Of a stretch of DNA of 64,000 nt, positions 11,936 to 27,548 are shown one piece after another. This stretch comes from Octopus vulgaris (Eukaryota), in assembly GCA_951406725.2 (NCBI GenBank), contig OX597829.1, forward strand, positions 1,488,001 through 1,552,000. The letters run 5' to 3'. The notes below the pieces were generated by a model, which saw only the letters and a program-made list of their open reading frames with translations, searched no databases and was not told where the DNA came from. Both the position numbers and the translations under genes were made by a program. Each line of letters opens with the position of its first letter. The stretch's first letter is position 1.

Positions 11936-13630
11936 GTAGAGAAGTGAAACGAAAATTGAGAAAGGGTACATCAGAAGTGTGAGGAAGCTAATGAAGTCAA
12001 AGCTAAATGGTTCGAATCTAACGGAAGGCTGTAAATACTTGGGCAGAATCATTACTCAGATACTCAGAAGCTTTTGTAGATTGGACAAAAACCGAATTTG
12101 CAGAGGTAGACTGAAGAAATAGGAAGGAATTCAATATGAATGGAGGACTCCACCCAAGGGTAGGAGTAGCAAGATTATACTTATCCAGAAATGAGGGCGG
12201 AAGAAAGTTGATATCAGTAGAAGACTGCGTGGATTTAGCGAGAACATATATATATATAGACTCCCATTCTTTTTCTTTTATTCTTTTACTTGTTTCAGTC
12301 ATTAGACTGCAGCCATGTTGGAGCACCGCCTTTAGTCGAGCAAATCGACCCCAGGACTTATTTTTTGTAAGCCTATCTAGTCTATCGGTACTTTTGGCCG
12401 AACCGCTAAGTTACGTGGACGTAAACACACTAGCATCAATTGTCAAGAGATAGTGTGAGGACAAACACAGACACACAAAACATATACATATATATGTGTG
12501 TGTGTGTGTGCGTGTGTGTGTGTGTGTGTGTGCGTGTGCGTGTGTGTGTGTGCGTGTGTGTGTGTGTGTATGTCTGACGGGCTTCTTTCAGTTTCCGTCT
12601 ACCAAGTCCACTCACAAGGCTTTGGTCTTCCCGAGGCTATAGTAGAAGACACTTTCCCGGAACTGAACCCGGAACTATGTGGTTGGTAAGTCCTGCGCCT
12701 ATGTAGGTAGTAGTGAAGAAAGTTTATTAAAAGCTGGTAGAGGCACTGCAAGTGATAGGGAAACCAAAACACCAAATGAACTTAAAATCCAGAAAAAGGA
12801 ACAGAAATTACTTGACTGGCAGGAGAAGGCGTTGCATGGTAGATTCTCAAAGATAGTTTTAACAAATAGTAATAGTGAAACATGGCTATGGCTGCAGAAA
12901 GGAAAGCTGAAGAGGGAGACTGAAAGTTTGTTAGTAGCTGCATAAGATCAAGCCTTAAAGATTAATTGGATAAAAGCCAAGATTTCCAAATGTAGATTAT
13001 GCAAATCAAAAGTGGAAAGCGTTACTCATATACTAAATGAATGTAGCATGCTGGCACAGAAGGAATACAAGACAAGATATGACAATCTAGGGAGAGCAAT
13101 CCACTGGGAGCTATGTAGAAACCTAGGATTTGAACATACTCATAAATGGTATGAACATAAACCTTGTAAAGTAAGAAATACAAGATGTTGTGGGACTTTA
13201 ACATTCAGACTAATAGAGTAATAGAAGGTAGAAGACCTAATTTGGTAGTAGAGATAAGGAGAATAGTAAGGGCCAGATAATTGACTTTACAGTCCCAAAT
13301 GATGAAAAAATCAATATGAGAAGCATAGAAAAAATAGCAAATTACCAGGACGTAGCCATTGAATTACAGAGACTATGGAAAGTGCGGGTAAAATGTATCC
13401 CTGTAGTTATAGGTGCATCGGGAACTATCCCTAAAGATCTGAGCAGACGGATAGAGGAAATAGGCATAAAACCCTGTTTAGTACAAGCTGCAGAAAACAG
13501 TGTTATTAGGGACAGCTAGGATACTTAGGAGGGTTCTTGGTATCTAAGGTTACTTGTTGTAGACCGATGTTAGGATTTTTTTCTTTTCCAACAATCTAAT
13601 CTGTTGTGTGTATATGAATGATAATAATAA
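11936..13630 (+). mobile_element. R4/Dong-clade LINE, 3' part (post-RT region, zinc knuckle, RLE endonuclease), interrupted by a SINE
   Basis: LHPRVGVARLYLSRNEGGRKL, LKRETESLLVAA, CRLC..ESVTHILNEC, RRPNLVV..IIDFTVP..EKIANY, PVVIGASG; ends in (TAA)n. Confidence 0.9.
12268..12690 (-). mobile_element. SINE family B with internal (GT)n, inserted into the R4 LINE
   Basis: Reverse complement of the 17480-17828 type. Confidence 0.88.
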
Positions 13631-13820
13631 TCCTTTGAACTATAGGCACTAAGCCTGACATTTTTAGAGAGGGGTTAAGTCAATTACAACTGGTACTTAA
13701 TTTATGGACCCTAAAGGGATGAAAGGCAAATTTAGCCTAGGCGGAATTTGAACTCTGAAGGTAGAGAGGGAGGAAATGCCGCTAAGCATTTTTCCCAGTG
13801 TACTAACGATTCTGTCAGCT
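13631..13820 (-). mobile_element. Old SINE family A variant with the alternative tail (gtgcctatag..aaagga(tta)n)
   Basis: Core gatgaaaggcaaa..gcggaatttgaactc; tail matches 41225-41260. Confidence 0.75.
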
Positions 13821-14299
13821 CTAAAAGAACCTAACTCGTTATATCATACACTAGCAGACCAGCAGATGGACCAAGTAAGGTTTCTGCTGCTCACTAAATG
13901 ATATTTACACATTTGATCCCAATGTTGTGTAATTTTTCTCAAGTGTTACACCTACGTTTCTTCCGTAGTCTTTATTCGTCTATTACTACTCTCACTTAGA
14001 TATATATGTGAGACGTAACTACTCAAGTGTATGTCCCTTATTTCACCTCCTGATAACTTTCTAAAAAATTGATAATTGTTTATAAAAATTTCCGCAAATA
14101 TGTTCTAGATTCTGTAGAATACGATTATATCAGATTTGATTACAAAAAACTTCGTCAGAGAAACTATGCGGAAAGGAATTTTGGGAATTCATACACCTCG
14201 AATTTGTTTTCTCATAAATTTTAGAAAATCGGTAATTATTTTATAAATATTTTTTCATATAACTTTCAAAGGGTATAGGGTACGGTTATATTGGAATTT

Positions 14300-14585
14300 T
14301 GTTGTTGTTTGTTCCTTCTCGAGCCATGCCTGGCTCATAAGGGCCGGTTTCCCCACCTGGATGGGACACCGGTCCGTCGCAGGTGAGCTGCAAGATGCAG
14401 GAGGAAAGAGTGAGAAAAAGTTGTGGTGAAAGAGTCAGCAGAAGTTTCGCCATTACCTTCTACCAGAGTCGCGTGGAGCTTAGGTGTTTCGCTCATAAAC
14501 ACACACATCGCCCGGTCTGAGATTCGAACCCGCGATCCCTCGACCGCGAGTCCGCTGCTCTAACCACTAGGCCATGTGCCTCCAC
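14300..14585 (-). mobile_element. SINE family C (tRNA-like head) with 12-bp TSD
   Basis: Head tggcctagtggttagagcagcggactcgcgg..gggttcgaatc; (CAA)n tail; TSD atattggaattt at 14288 and 14586. Confidence 0.92.
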
Positions 14586-15444
14586 ATATTGGAATTTATC
14601 ATAAAAGGAAAGGCACTGGATGAGGTATTTTATCCATCTCGACTTTGTTTCTTCGTGAGTTTTGGTGTTATTGATTACATTTATATTGATAACAAAAATA
14701 CTTTTGATACCTACGTGATTCCTGCTATTTCTAGCACGCCAAGCGAGCACGTAGATGGGCTACATATGAGTGTGTTTAAAAGAGAGAGATTAACAATGCG
14801 GTAAAATAATGAAGGAAATATCGACAAGAAATATTTATTCCCACTTAAACGTGAATGTTCTGCAAAAATAAACTTTACTGCAATAGATACCACGAAAGAA
14901 AGCCTTTTATAAACTTTTGGTGCAGAATGCACGCCTGCTTGTTAATGTGGCCAGCGGGGAGATAAAACTCCACCAACTCCAGCGCATAATTTCGTTCTTC
15001 CTTGATCTCATTGGTGATGGACACTCAACCGTTAGAGATCGCAGCGACCCATCTCTCCGCTAGCGACATATAGAGAGAAATCAGTGCCAGAACAGGCACT
15101 TGTGTCGCGTTTAGCCAGTCAGCTTGCTAGCAAATATATTTTAGCGATAGAGGCAATATTAACAGATCATCCGGTATTAATACTGCTTTGTCGGTAATAT
15201 ATATATATTTTTGAAAAAAATATATGTTCAATAATTTGTTTTAGTGTTGTATTCACTTTTCTACAGAGATTTCTTTCAAAGGACTTTCAAGAAAGGACGG
15301 AATAGTTCTCAAAATTAACTTTTTCAACTTAATTGTAATCTACATCGTTAACGTATATGAGGAAACAAAGTCGAGATACATAAAATGTCAACTTGTCCGC
15401 ATGAAGTTCCGATAAGCGTGTAATCTACACCATCCGAAAGGTAT

Positions 15445-15860
15445 CTCATCTTTTATCGTTTAATTGTTTCTGTCATTTGATTGCGTCTATGCTGGGGCAC
15501 CGCCTTGAAATTTAGTCGAACTAAACGACCCCAGTACATTTTTTTAAAACCTGGTACTTATTCCATCGATCTTTTCTGCCGAACTGCTAGGTTACGGAGA
15601 CGTAAACAAACCCGCACCGGTTGTCAAGCGGGTGTTGAGAGTGGAACAGACGCGCGCATGCGCACGCACGCACATACATACATACATACACATATATATA
15701 CGACGATCTTCTTTCAGTTTCCATCTACGAAATCCAATCACAATGATTTGGTCGATCCGACGCTATAGTAAAAAACACTTACCCAAGATGACACGTATGG
15801 GACTGAATCCAGAACTATATGCTTTGGAAAGAGGCTTCTTGCTACACAGCTACGCCTGCA
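15445..15860 (-). mobile_element. Diverged SINE family B
   Basis: Colinear similarity to other family B copies. Confidence 0.8.
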
Positions 15861-17067
15861 CCCTTTTTGTAGGAAAATTTCGCTGAGAAATATCTGGGGA
15901 AACAGAGTTAGGGCGCATGTGAAATATCAGAAACTCCCCCATTCCCAAGGAAATGTTTCTCACCATATCATCTAATATTTATTTTCAAGAAGTTATGAAG
16001 AAGCAAATTCTAGGGAAGGGCGCAAATTTGTAGTTATGCCGAAGTGGTAGGTGATTATGCCGAAGTGAATACAAATAAGTTTTATCATTGAATCGTGAAA
16101 CTGAAATCTTCGATAATAATAGGATCCTGAATATCACATTTTGCAAAAAAATAAATAAATAGTATATCAAAATTAGAATTTATAAGAACTTTCTAGATAG
16201 TGCACATTTTATTGTTTTTTGTTTGCAAATTTTACATACTCATAACTCGTAAATGTGCATGGTTTATTTTTGCATTATAGATATGTGAATAATTTCTCCC
16301 GCTAACGCAATTTTTGCTACAGTTAGGATCAAATTAACTCTACAGTGAAGCCGGTTAGCAGTAAAATATAGTCGTAAACTTAACGATCGTTTGAAAAATC
16401 GGATGAGGGTTCCACGTCAAAAAACGAAAAACGAAAAAAAAAAAAAAAGAAAAGAGAAAGAAACCAAAAAGAACAAAGGAAAACTTGATTGGAAGCTGTT
16501 GACCAAATGTTTATTTTCTGCAGCACCATGTAATTCTTCCGGCATGCCCGGAATGCTAGTAACAATTCTTTATGAAAGGTATCAATTCTGTTTTTGATAA
16601 ATATAGCATGTCCAATATAAATAGGGATTAACGCGGTTACTATATATTTCTACAAATTGTTTAGTGTATGTAACGCAGAACATTGTATGTGTGTACGTGC
16701 TTAAGCACGTGTGTGTTTCTTTGTATGTATGTGCTTATTGGTGTGTTTTTTACGTGCGTGCCCGAGTATAAACATGCACGGGTCTTATTAACACATTGCA
16801 ATAACAGAAGAATGCACATTCGGATCATCTTGCGCCGTAATTCTTCGCAAAAAAAAGAAAGAATCTGTTAAGCTCCGCGATTCCTTCAAACAGGGCCTCA
16901 TTTAACTGCAGTTAGATTTCGTAGATAAAACAGACAACAACAAAAAAAAGGCATTTTTTTCTTTTTCGAAATATGAAAATGAATGAGAAGACCTTGCGAG
17001 CAAAAGAAGTCACCAAATCTACCACACACACACACATACACTCACACACGCACACACACGTACGCAC

Positions 17068-17139
<72 letters not shown>

Positions 17140-17479
17140 CAACACAGAGACAAAGAAAGAGGGATAGAGAAAGAAAGGAGGAGAGAGAGAGAGAGGTTTG
17201 CATGTAAATAAACACACTTACAAACAGGCGCACATGCTGATCTTGTGATGGGCACACACACACAGCTACACGCACACACACACATACAGACATACAACGC
17301 ACTCACTGACGACGAGCACATGCACACACACACACACACCCACAGCCACACAGACAGACATGTCTAATCAGATTTTAAGCGCGTCTTCTTTTCTTTCATT
17401 TTTTCCAAAAACTAACAAATTAAACGCCAAATTTATGTGCATCTGTATATATGTACGTACATATATACATATACATCTA

Positions 17480-17827
17480 TGAGTGGCTGTGTGGTAAGTA
17501 GCTTGTTTACCAACCACATGGTTCTGGGTTCAGTCCCACTGCATGGCATCTTGGGCAAGTGTCTTCTACTATAGCCTCGGGCCGACCAAAGCCTTGTGAG
17601 TGGATTTGGTAGACGGAAACTGAAAGAACCCCGTCCTATATATGTATATATATATGTTTGTGTGTCTGTGTTTGTCCCCGTCACTTAGCGGTTCGGCAAA
17701 AGAGACCGATAGAATAAGTACTGGGCTTACAAAGAATAAGTCCCGGGGTCGATTTGCTCGATTAAAGGCGGTGCTCCAGCATGGCCGCAGTCAAAATGAC
17801 TGAAACAAGTAAAAAGAAAAAAAAAGA

Positions 17828-17828
<1 letters not shown>
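17480..17828 (+). mobile_element. SINE family B
   Basis: gagtggctgtgtggtaagtagcttg...ggcggtgctccagcatggccgcagtc..tgactgaaacaagtaaaaag. Confidence 0.92.
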
Positions 17829-20065
<2,237 letters not shown>

Positions 20066-20281
20066 ACAGCTGTGGCTGTGTAATAAGAATCTTGGTTCCC
20101 AACCATTTGGTTCCGGGTTTATTCTCACTGCGTGGCACCTTGGACTGATAAACTCTTGTTTATTCTGTTATTGCCTGTATCCTATGAGCATAGCATGCTT
20201 GCATATCCATGCCCAGGGTAAATATAGGTAATTAATAACGGATAATCTTATCTCTTAGACGGTTATTCCAACTACTAACTC

Positions 20282-20326
<45 letters not shown>

Positions 20327-20335
20327 GTCTCTCTC

Positions 20336-20389
<54 letters not shown>

Positions 20390-20392
<3 letters not shown>

Positions 20393-20935
20393 TTGAATAA
20401 AGTTAAAATATGGACTGGTTTTCACGTTTTTTATTACGGTATTTGAACTTTAAAAAATATTTTGTACTGTTCATAAATTTCAATTAGCGCTTTCATACGT
20501 TCGTTGTAATCATCAGATTTCAAAATGTATTTAACTGACAGCTGAGCTCTTGACAACTATAAGAAAATGACTGACATCTTCCTTTTTATACCTCTTAGAA
20601 TGCTCCAGTAAGGTGAATTTTTCGAATGCGGTTTTATCCAATCAGCATGCAACTTAAATATCACGGTTTTTGCCGGACGCACCGATTTTACAGGCATAGA
20701 TCCCGCGGTATACGTGTAATGGTTTTATAAGTGAGCAAAATTAGTTGGTTTCAATTCTTTTTATTTCAATTGTTGAGAGTCTTCTGCAATTTGTTTATAT
20801 TCAAATTTTGTATTTTTTTATTCGCATCGTTAACTGCTGACAACACAATTGTCATCAAACAAGCGGATAAGGAGTGCCATTATTATAATGGATATGGAAT
20901 ATTACCAGGATTTTCGTGAAAATCATTTAGAGAAT
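20390..20935 (+). mobile_element. PLE relic: RT N-terminal fragment (+) preceded by an oppositely oriented segment carrying a minimal HHR motif (20482-20519 -)
   Basis: NTIVIKQADK-(frameshift)-AIIIMD resembles the PLE IxxADKG motif; minus strand aat CTGATGA ttac..gtat GAAA gcgc TA att. Confidence 0.65.
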
Positions 20936-21214
20936 GTAAGTAAGCGTGACAGTATTGTGGCGTTTGGTTAGAAAATGGGGTTCGTATACGAAGATAGCAT
21001 GTGTGAAAAGCGTGTATGTGAAGAGGTGAGAGTGTGCGCCTGCACATTCGTCTTTAACAATCACATCTTGCACTTCTCATTTCCTGTACTTCATTCATAC
21101 TTTATTTTCCTACACTCTCTCACCTCTTCACATACACGCTCTCACACGAGCTATCTTCGTACACGAACCCCATTCTCTAACCAACGCCACCATACTGTCA
21201 CGCTTATTTTACAT
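20934..21214. repeat. ~100-bp inverted repeat with ~75-bp spacer
   Basis: 20934-21035 vs 21112-21214. Confidence 0.85.
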
Positions 21215-21371
21215 CTATACAAATATGAACTCTCTCGTCGCTTCGACGATTGATGGATCGGTATGGCACAACAGTACCGTGTCTTCCAGGTCTGAGAACA
21301 TGACTATGATCCTATGATACTAGGTTAAGCATGCAGGTTTCTAATAGCATGCTCTCCCTATTGTCTCTATG

Positions 21372-21605
21372 AAAGGCGGCGAGCTGGCAGAAACGTTAGC
21401 ACGCCGGACGAAATGCTTAGCAGTATTTCGTCTGCTGCTACGTTCTGGTTTCAAATTCCGCCGAGGTCGACTTTGCCTTTCATCCTTTCGGGATCGATTA
21501 AATAAGTACCAGTTACGCACTCGAGTCGATGTAATCGCCTTAATCCGCTTGTCTGTCCTTGTTTGTCCCCCCTGTGTTTAACTCCTTGTGGGTAGTAAAG
21601 AAATA
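21372..21605 (+). mobile_element. SINE family A
   Basis: Full head/core/tail; TSD cctattgyctct. Confidence 0.92.
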
Positions 21606-22161
21606 CCTATTGCCTCTTCCCCTAACCGCTAGATTTGTGTGTGCTGATGTCTTGCATTACTGAACAACTTGTACGATGAATATTGTTATAGCGGGAATGA
21701 GTTTTGCAGAACTAGTCCCACTCTTTCGTTCTCCAAACTTGTATTGGTCTGGTGCAACAAGAGCCATAATAAACAAGCTATCAGGATGCGGTATTTAAAT
21801 GGAGTTACCTTCTTTTAGATGGTTAAATTCTTCCTAAGTACACGCCACTGCCTCTCATTGAGGTTCCAAAATATTCACGATTTCTTATACATATATCTAT
21901 GCACGCCTCATTTCCACCCACTTTAATTCCTCACCGGAGAACAACACCCCTTTGGTGTCGAAACTCTCACCCAATTTTCTTCCTATTGATTCAGCATTTG
22001 TCTTCACACACACCTTTAACTATTATTTTTCTGATGAAGGACATACGTAAGACAAGTTCAGAGACTCGTTTTCTCCATTAGAGCATTGAATACGTAATAT
22101 ATATGTAAACTTTGGTTTCCACGAGTTCCTCATCATGAGTTTATTGCTTTATGACTATATA

Positions 22162-22378
22162 CGAGGAAGAGCTGAAAAGTTCCTGGCTTTAGGTAAAAGA
22201 AAATACAGGAGGATCAGTTAATTATGATTTTATACAACATATTCTCCTCTCAGATTCACACAATTATTGCAGCAGTCCTTCAGTTTTTCAAAACTTCGTA
22301 AAAGAATTCGGAAGTTTGAACCTCCATCCAGAGCTTTGACGATAGCCTTAAAGCCAGGAACTTTTCAGCATCCCCTCG
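22162..22378. mobile_element. Mariner-type MITE
   Basis: ~30-bp TIRs cgaggaagagctgaaaagttcctggcttta / taaagccaggaacttttcagcatcccctcg; TA at the left end. Confidence 0.85.
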
Positions 22379-22413
22379 TTTGTATGTGCGCTTATATATA
22401 TATATATATATAT

Positions 22414-22635
22414 TATTTGTATATTACCCACAAGGGGCTAAACATAGAGGGGACAAACAAGGACAGACAAGCGGATTAAGTCGATTTCATTGACCCCAGT
22501 GCGTAACTGGTACTTAATTTATCGACCCCGAACGATTGAAAGGCAAAGTCGACCTCGGCGGAATTTGAACTCAGAACGTAACGGCAGACGAAAAACGACT
22601 ACGCATTTCGCCCGGCGTGCTAACGTTTCTACCAG
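22414..22635 (-). mobile_element. SINE family A
   Basis: Reverse complement of the family A consensus. Confidence 0.9.
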
Positions 22636-22639
22636 TTAT

Positions 22640-23119
22640 ATATATATGAATGTATGTATGTATGTATGTATGTATGTATGTATGTATGTATGTATGTATG
22701 TATGTATGTATGTATGTGTGTATGTGTGTGTGTGAATGTATGTATGTATGTATGTATGTATGTATGAATATATGTATGTATGTATGTTTGTATGTATGTT
22801 TGTATGTATGTTTGTATGTATGTATGTATGTATGTGTGTGTGTATGTATGTATGAATATATGTATGAATGTATGTTTGTATGTATGTTTGTATGTATGTT
22901 TGTATGTATGTTTGTATGTATGTATGTATGTGTGTGTGTATGTATGTATGTATGTATGTATGTATGTGTGTATGTATGTGTGTGTGTATGTATGTATGAA
23001 TATATGTATGTATGTATGTTTGTATGTATGTTTGTATGTATGTTTGTATGTATGTTTGTATGTATGTATGTGTGTATGTATGTGTGTGTGTGTGAATGTA
23101 TGTATGTGTGTATGTATGA

Positions 23120-23152
<33 letters not shown>

Positions 23153-23245
23153 TGTATGTATGTATGTATGTATGTATGTATATATATATGTATGTATGTA
23201 TGTACGTATATATGTATGTATGTGTATATATATATATTTATATAT
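22640..23245. repeat. (ATGT)n array with variant units
   Basis: Directly visible. Confidence 0.95.
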
Positions 23246-23534
23246 ATCGTCTTTTATTCTTTTACTTGCTTCAGTCATTTCACTGCGGCCATGCTGGAGC
23301 ACCACCTTTAGTCGAACAAATCGACCCCAGCAATTTTTTTATTTATTTTGTATATTATATTTATATTTATTTTTATGTTTTGGTTTATGTCTTTCACTGT
23401 TTGATTTGTTTAATAGTGGTTTTATCTCTAATTAAATTTATATTTATACTGTGAAATTTCATTTAATCCTAAATCTAATTTTTCCCTGTAAGTTTGGATA
23501 TACTCCCTAATATTATATATATATATATATATAC

Positions 23535-23972
23535 GTAAAAAAATATAGGGTAGCAAGTTTTTTATAAAGATTTTACTACCAATGGCCTAGCATGTATATG
23601 TTTTTAGCAATTTTTAGAAGATTAGTTCGGCATTTATTTATTTACTACCGACAGAAGCTGCGCTTGCGCGGTGAATTTGAAAAATTATAATGTATAACGA
23701 TGAGATACGTGTTAGTCGTCTCTTAATTATATGTTAGTTTTATGGTGCGGTCATGGGTGAGAATTTCGCCTAACAAATTATTTTATTTGCCAAAAAATTT
23801 TGAAACCTAGGTATGACCGTAATAAAATAACAAGGTAATTTTTTTTTTATTTTTCGTTTCCTTCAAAATTGTTCTTCAATGTAGTTTTGGTCATTTTGAC
23901 TACTTCTAGCGTGTAACGCTGCATGTTGAAGGCAGTTTCTCTTGTGTTTAAAAGTACACTATTTGATATTGA
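23535..23972 (+). mobile_element. PLE-derived short element with a core-mutated HHR (23733-23831)
   Basis: tgcggtca TGGGTGA gaattt..aaattt t GAAA cctagg TA tgaccgta; terminus aatatagggtagcaa..ccaatggcctag resembles that of 10517-11100; (TA)n flanks. Confidence 0.65.
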
Positions 23973-24034
23973 GAATATATATATATATGTATATATATAT
24001 TAAATGAAATATATACTAATTTACTGTTTTACCT

Positions 24035-24287
24035 ATTTCAGACATTTGACTGCGGTCATGCTGATGCACCGCCTGTAGTCGAACAAACTGACCCCCAGGA
24101 CTTATTCTATGTAAGTCTAGTACTTATTCTATTGGTCTCTTTTGTCGAACCACTAGCTAACGAGCTCATAAAGACACCAACATCGGTTGTCAGGCGATGG
24201 TGGTGAGGACAAATACAGACACAAACATATATATACACATACATACATATATACATACATACATACATACATACATACATACATACA

Positions 24288-24339
<52 letters not shown>

Positions 24340-24468
24340 ACGTACTTCTTTCAGTTTCAGTGTACCACATCCACTCACAAGGCTGCTTGTGGTTACAATA
24401 GAAGATACCTTCCCAAGATGCCACGCAGTGGAACTGAACCTGGAACCGTGTGGTCGGGAACCAAGCTT
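24035..24468 (-). mobile_element. SINE family B with internal (ACAT)n
   Basis: Colinear with other family B copies. Confidence 0.85.
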
Positions 24469-24471
24469 CTT

Positions 24472-24670
24472 ATTTGTTTATTGCCCACAAGGTGCTAAAC
24501 ATAGAGAGGACAATCAAGGACAGACAAAGGGATTAAGTCAATTACAGCGACCCCGATGCGTAACTGGTACTTAATGTATCGAACCCGAAAGGATGAATGG
24601 CAAAGTCGACCTCAGCGGAATTTGAACTCAGAACATAGCGGCAGAAGAAATCCCACAAAGCATTTCGCCT
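24472..24670 (-). mobile_element. SINE family A
   Basis: Reverse complement of the family A consensus. Confidence 0.85.
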
Positions 24671-24989
24671 GCCTGCTCCTATATATACATATATGAGTGT
24701 GTGTGTGTGTGTCTGCCTGTATATGTGTACAACGCACGCACGTATACATGCACGCAAGTCTAGACTAACACGCATGCATCCAAACAAACACACGTACATT
24801 CGTACGTACATACATAAATACATAGATACACACACACATACGCAACACACTTGCACACATATGTACACAGACAGAAAAGCTGTGGTTAAATGGTTAGAAT
24901 TTGTACAACTTAAATCGCAGGAAGGGTGGTGGTAGAGAAGGTGTATCTTGAATAAGGCCTCTTGTGTTGCTTATGGTTCTGATTGTGTT

Positions 24990-25024
24990 GATGATAGTGA
25001 TGGTGACGGAACTGGTAGCGATGG

Positions 25025-25062
<38 letters not shown>

Positions 25063-25255
25063 ACAATGAATATGATGATGATGATGTTGACGATTACAGG
25101 AATGATGATGATGATGATGATTACAACGATGATAATGATGATGATGATGATGATGACGATGATGATGGGGTGGCGAAGTCGATGACGGTGGTGATGGTGA
25201 TGGTTGTAGTGGTGGTGGTGGTGGTTGCAGTGGTGTTGGTGGTGTTGGTGATATT
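24990..25255. repeat. (GAT)n/(GGT)n array
   Basis: Directly visible. Confidence 0.9.
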
Positions 25256-25696
25256 ATTTTCCATACCAGTACAGTACGGACAGTGCTAGTGGTGGTATTG
25301 CTGTAATGTAGATAACCTACGTGTTTGTTTATTTTTGTTTATCTATTTTCTTAACTACATTCTTTGTTTCTGCGATAAGCCATATGTTTGTTATACAGTT
25401 TTTTGTTGTTTTTTTGTTTTTTTTCAGTATCGGTTTTACAGACACGCTGCATGTAAGACACGGAAGGGCAACAATTTACGGCAAAAAAACTGTTTTGCAT
25501 CCCTCATCTTTAGGCATTTGCCTTTGTCAAATGAATATTAATTAATATACAAGCTGAACACAGTGATAAAATTATGATATATGTATAGGGAGAGAGAAAC
25601 GGATGGAATGTAAGGAGTAAAAGAGAGGGTAAGACTTTTGGAGAGAAGAGAAAAAAGACTAAAAGGAAATGAAGGGCGTGTCACTGTAAATGTGTG

Positions 25697-25747
<51 letters not shown>

Positions 25748-25921
25748 GTTGTACGAGAGGGAAAGAGTGAGGCATATAAAGGGAAAGACAGAAAGAGAGT
25801 GGGGCGAGAGTGGGGCGAGATGCGCATGTGTACAGTGACAAGGGAGACAGCATTGTGTTTGTGAATGTAAGCGTGGTATCTTCGATGTATGTGTGCATAT
25901 CTGAGTGCACGTGTGTGTATA

Positions 25922-25954
<33 letters not shown>

Positions 25955-26304
25955 TTATGTGCATATGTATGTATGTAATCATGCATGTATGTATATATTA
26001 TACATATGCGCGCGTATATGTGGGTGAGTAAAATTCCGTCGCTGGAATGTAGAAACGTACATTTTAAATTTGAGAAAAGTCTTGCATATTTTTACACTTC
26101 TCGTTATTATAGATTGTATTTGTAATGTGCGTATTTGCTGGTTGATTTTCTTTTCTGAAAGCCCGTGTTTATTCAAATTTTCACTAAGCTATTTATTCAG
26201 AAAACCAAATGCACAAAAAATTGTTATTGGTATAAATGTGAATTTATATCTGGATATAGAAGCTGAAAGTGTCGAAGCAGTTGTCCATAGTTATATGAAA
26301 CCTG

Positions 26305-26690
26305 GACGTTATCAAAGAAGCTTGAGAGGCGGTTGGATGAAACCTACACTCGCCTCCTTCTGAGAGCTCAAAATCTCTCGTGGAAGCGTCATCCAACCAA
26401 AGTACAAATATATGGGAAACTACCACCTGTATCATCTCTTGTGAAAGGTAGAAGAGTCCAGTTTGCTGGACATTGTTGTAGAGCTGAAAAAGAAGTAATT
26501 TCTACTCTTCTCCTCTGGAAGCCATCTACTCGCGATACCAGAGGGCGCACACTCTCCTACCCTGATGTAATCTCCAGGGATACAGGCTTCCAGCAACAGG
26601 ACCTCCGTAATGCTATGATGGACCGTGAAGTCTGGCATAGCATAGTAAATTCCATTGTCTCGACCACGGTCGAACAACGATGGTGATGAT
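26305..26690 (+). mobile_element. RTE-clade LINE 3' end
   Basis: YTRLL..NLSWKRH..YGKLP..RRVQFAGHCCR..LLLWKP..DTG..MMDREVW; short (GAT) tail. Confidence 0.85.
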
Positions 26691-26994
26691 AGTTATCCTC
26701 TTTCTCTTTGGTTTTCGAAGAGATGCTTACATCAACAGGACAGCTGACTTCTATGATGGCCTTCATTTTTTTCTAACCTGTTTCAATGATATCTGGCTTG
26801 TTGAGTTTGCACTTGGTAAAAGTTTTGATGAGAATGTCTTATTAATACGAATGACAGAATAAAAGAATAATATTTTTTGTGTTAATGTTTGTCTGTGTAT
26901 TCAATAACAGGTGTCGTATTCTAGAACAGGTAATTTTTGAGAGGAGTGGCATTCTATAATGCTTTAACGACATCGTCATATCATATTGCGCAGT

Positions 26995-27231
26995 AATACT
27001 TTCACCGTCATTAATTCACCGCAGGGAAAGTTCCCCGTGAGGAATGTCCACTGCGAGGAGAGTTCACCACAAGGAAAATATACGAAGAGATAAGTTCACA
27101 ACAAAAGAATTAAAAAAAAAAACAACAACCTTATTTTCGAATTTTAATGTGTTTAATCTTCTGATTAAACGCGAATTGATGGCGGTGAAATCTCTTGCGA
27201 TGAGTTGATGGCAGTGAACTTACCTGTAATC
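26995..27231. mobile_element. MITE-like element with ~15-bp subterminal repeats in inverted orientation
   Basis: ttcaccgtcattaattcaccgca..aagttccccgtgagg..agttcaccacaagg on the left; inverted units gatggcggtgaaat..gatggcagtgaactt on the right. Confidence 0.5.
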
Positions 27232-27344
27232 ATTAATCACAGGTGTGATGATTTCCACAGAAATATGGCATAATCTACATTTTCGTTTGCGTCTTGGAAC
27301 TTCACTGCTTCATTTGATTATTAGGTATTTAGTAACAATGTCCT

Positions 27345-27548
27345 GTGGAGGCACATGGCCTAGTGGTTAGAGCAGCGGACTCGCGGTCGAGGGATCGCGG
27401 GTTCGAATCTCAGACCGGGCGATGTGTGTGTTTATGAGCGAAACACCTAAGCTCCACGCGGTTCCGGCAGAAGCTAATGACGAACTTCTGCTGACTCTTT
27501 CTCTCACTCTTTCCTCCTGCATATTGCAGCTCACCTGCGACGGACCGG
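27345..27548 (+). mobile_element. SINE family C, 3'-truncated
   Basis: Matches 14300-14585 and 52888-53170. Confidence 0.9.

Noticed and set aside
24948-25289. Acidic poly-Asp protein with a hydrophobic tail
   Set aside because: (GAT)n followed by (GGT)n microsatellite
26995-27231. CRISPR-like or regulatory repeat array
   Set aside because: Degenerate ~15-bp units without unique spacers, inverted at the other end; eukaryotic MITE-like structure
27345-27420. tRNA gene
   Set aside because: This is the tRNA-like head of SINE family C; it continues into the SINE body in three copies and lacks a proper acceptor stem
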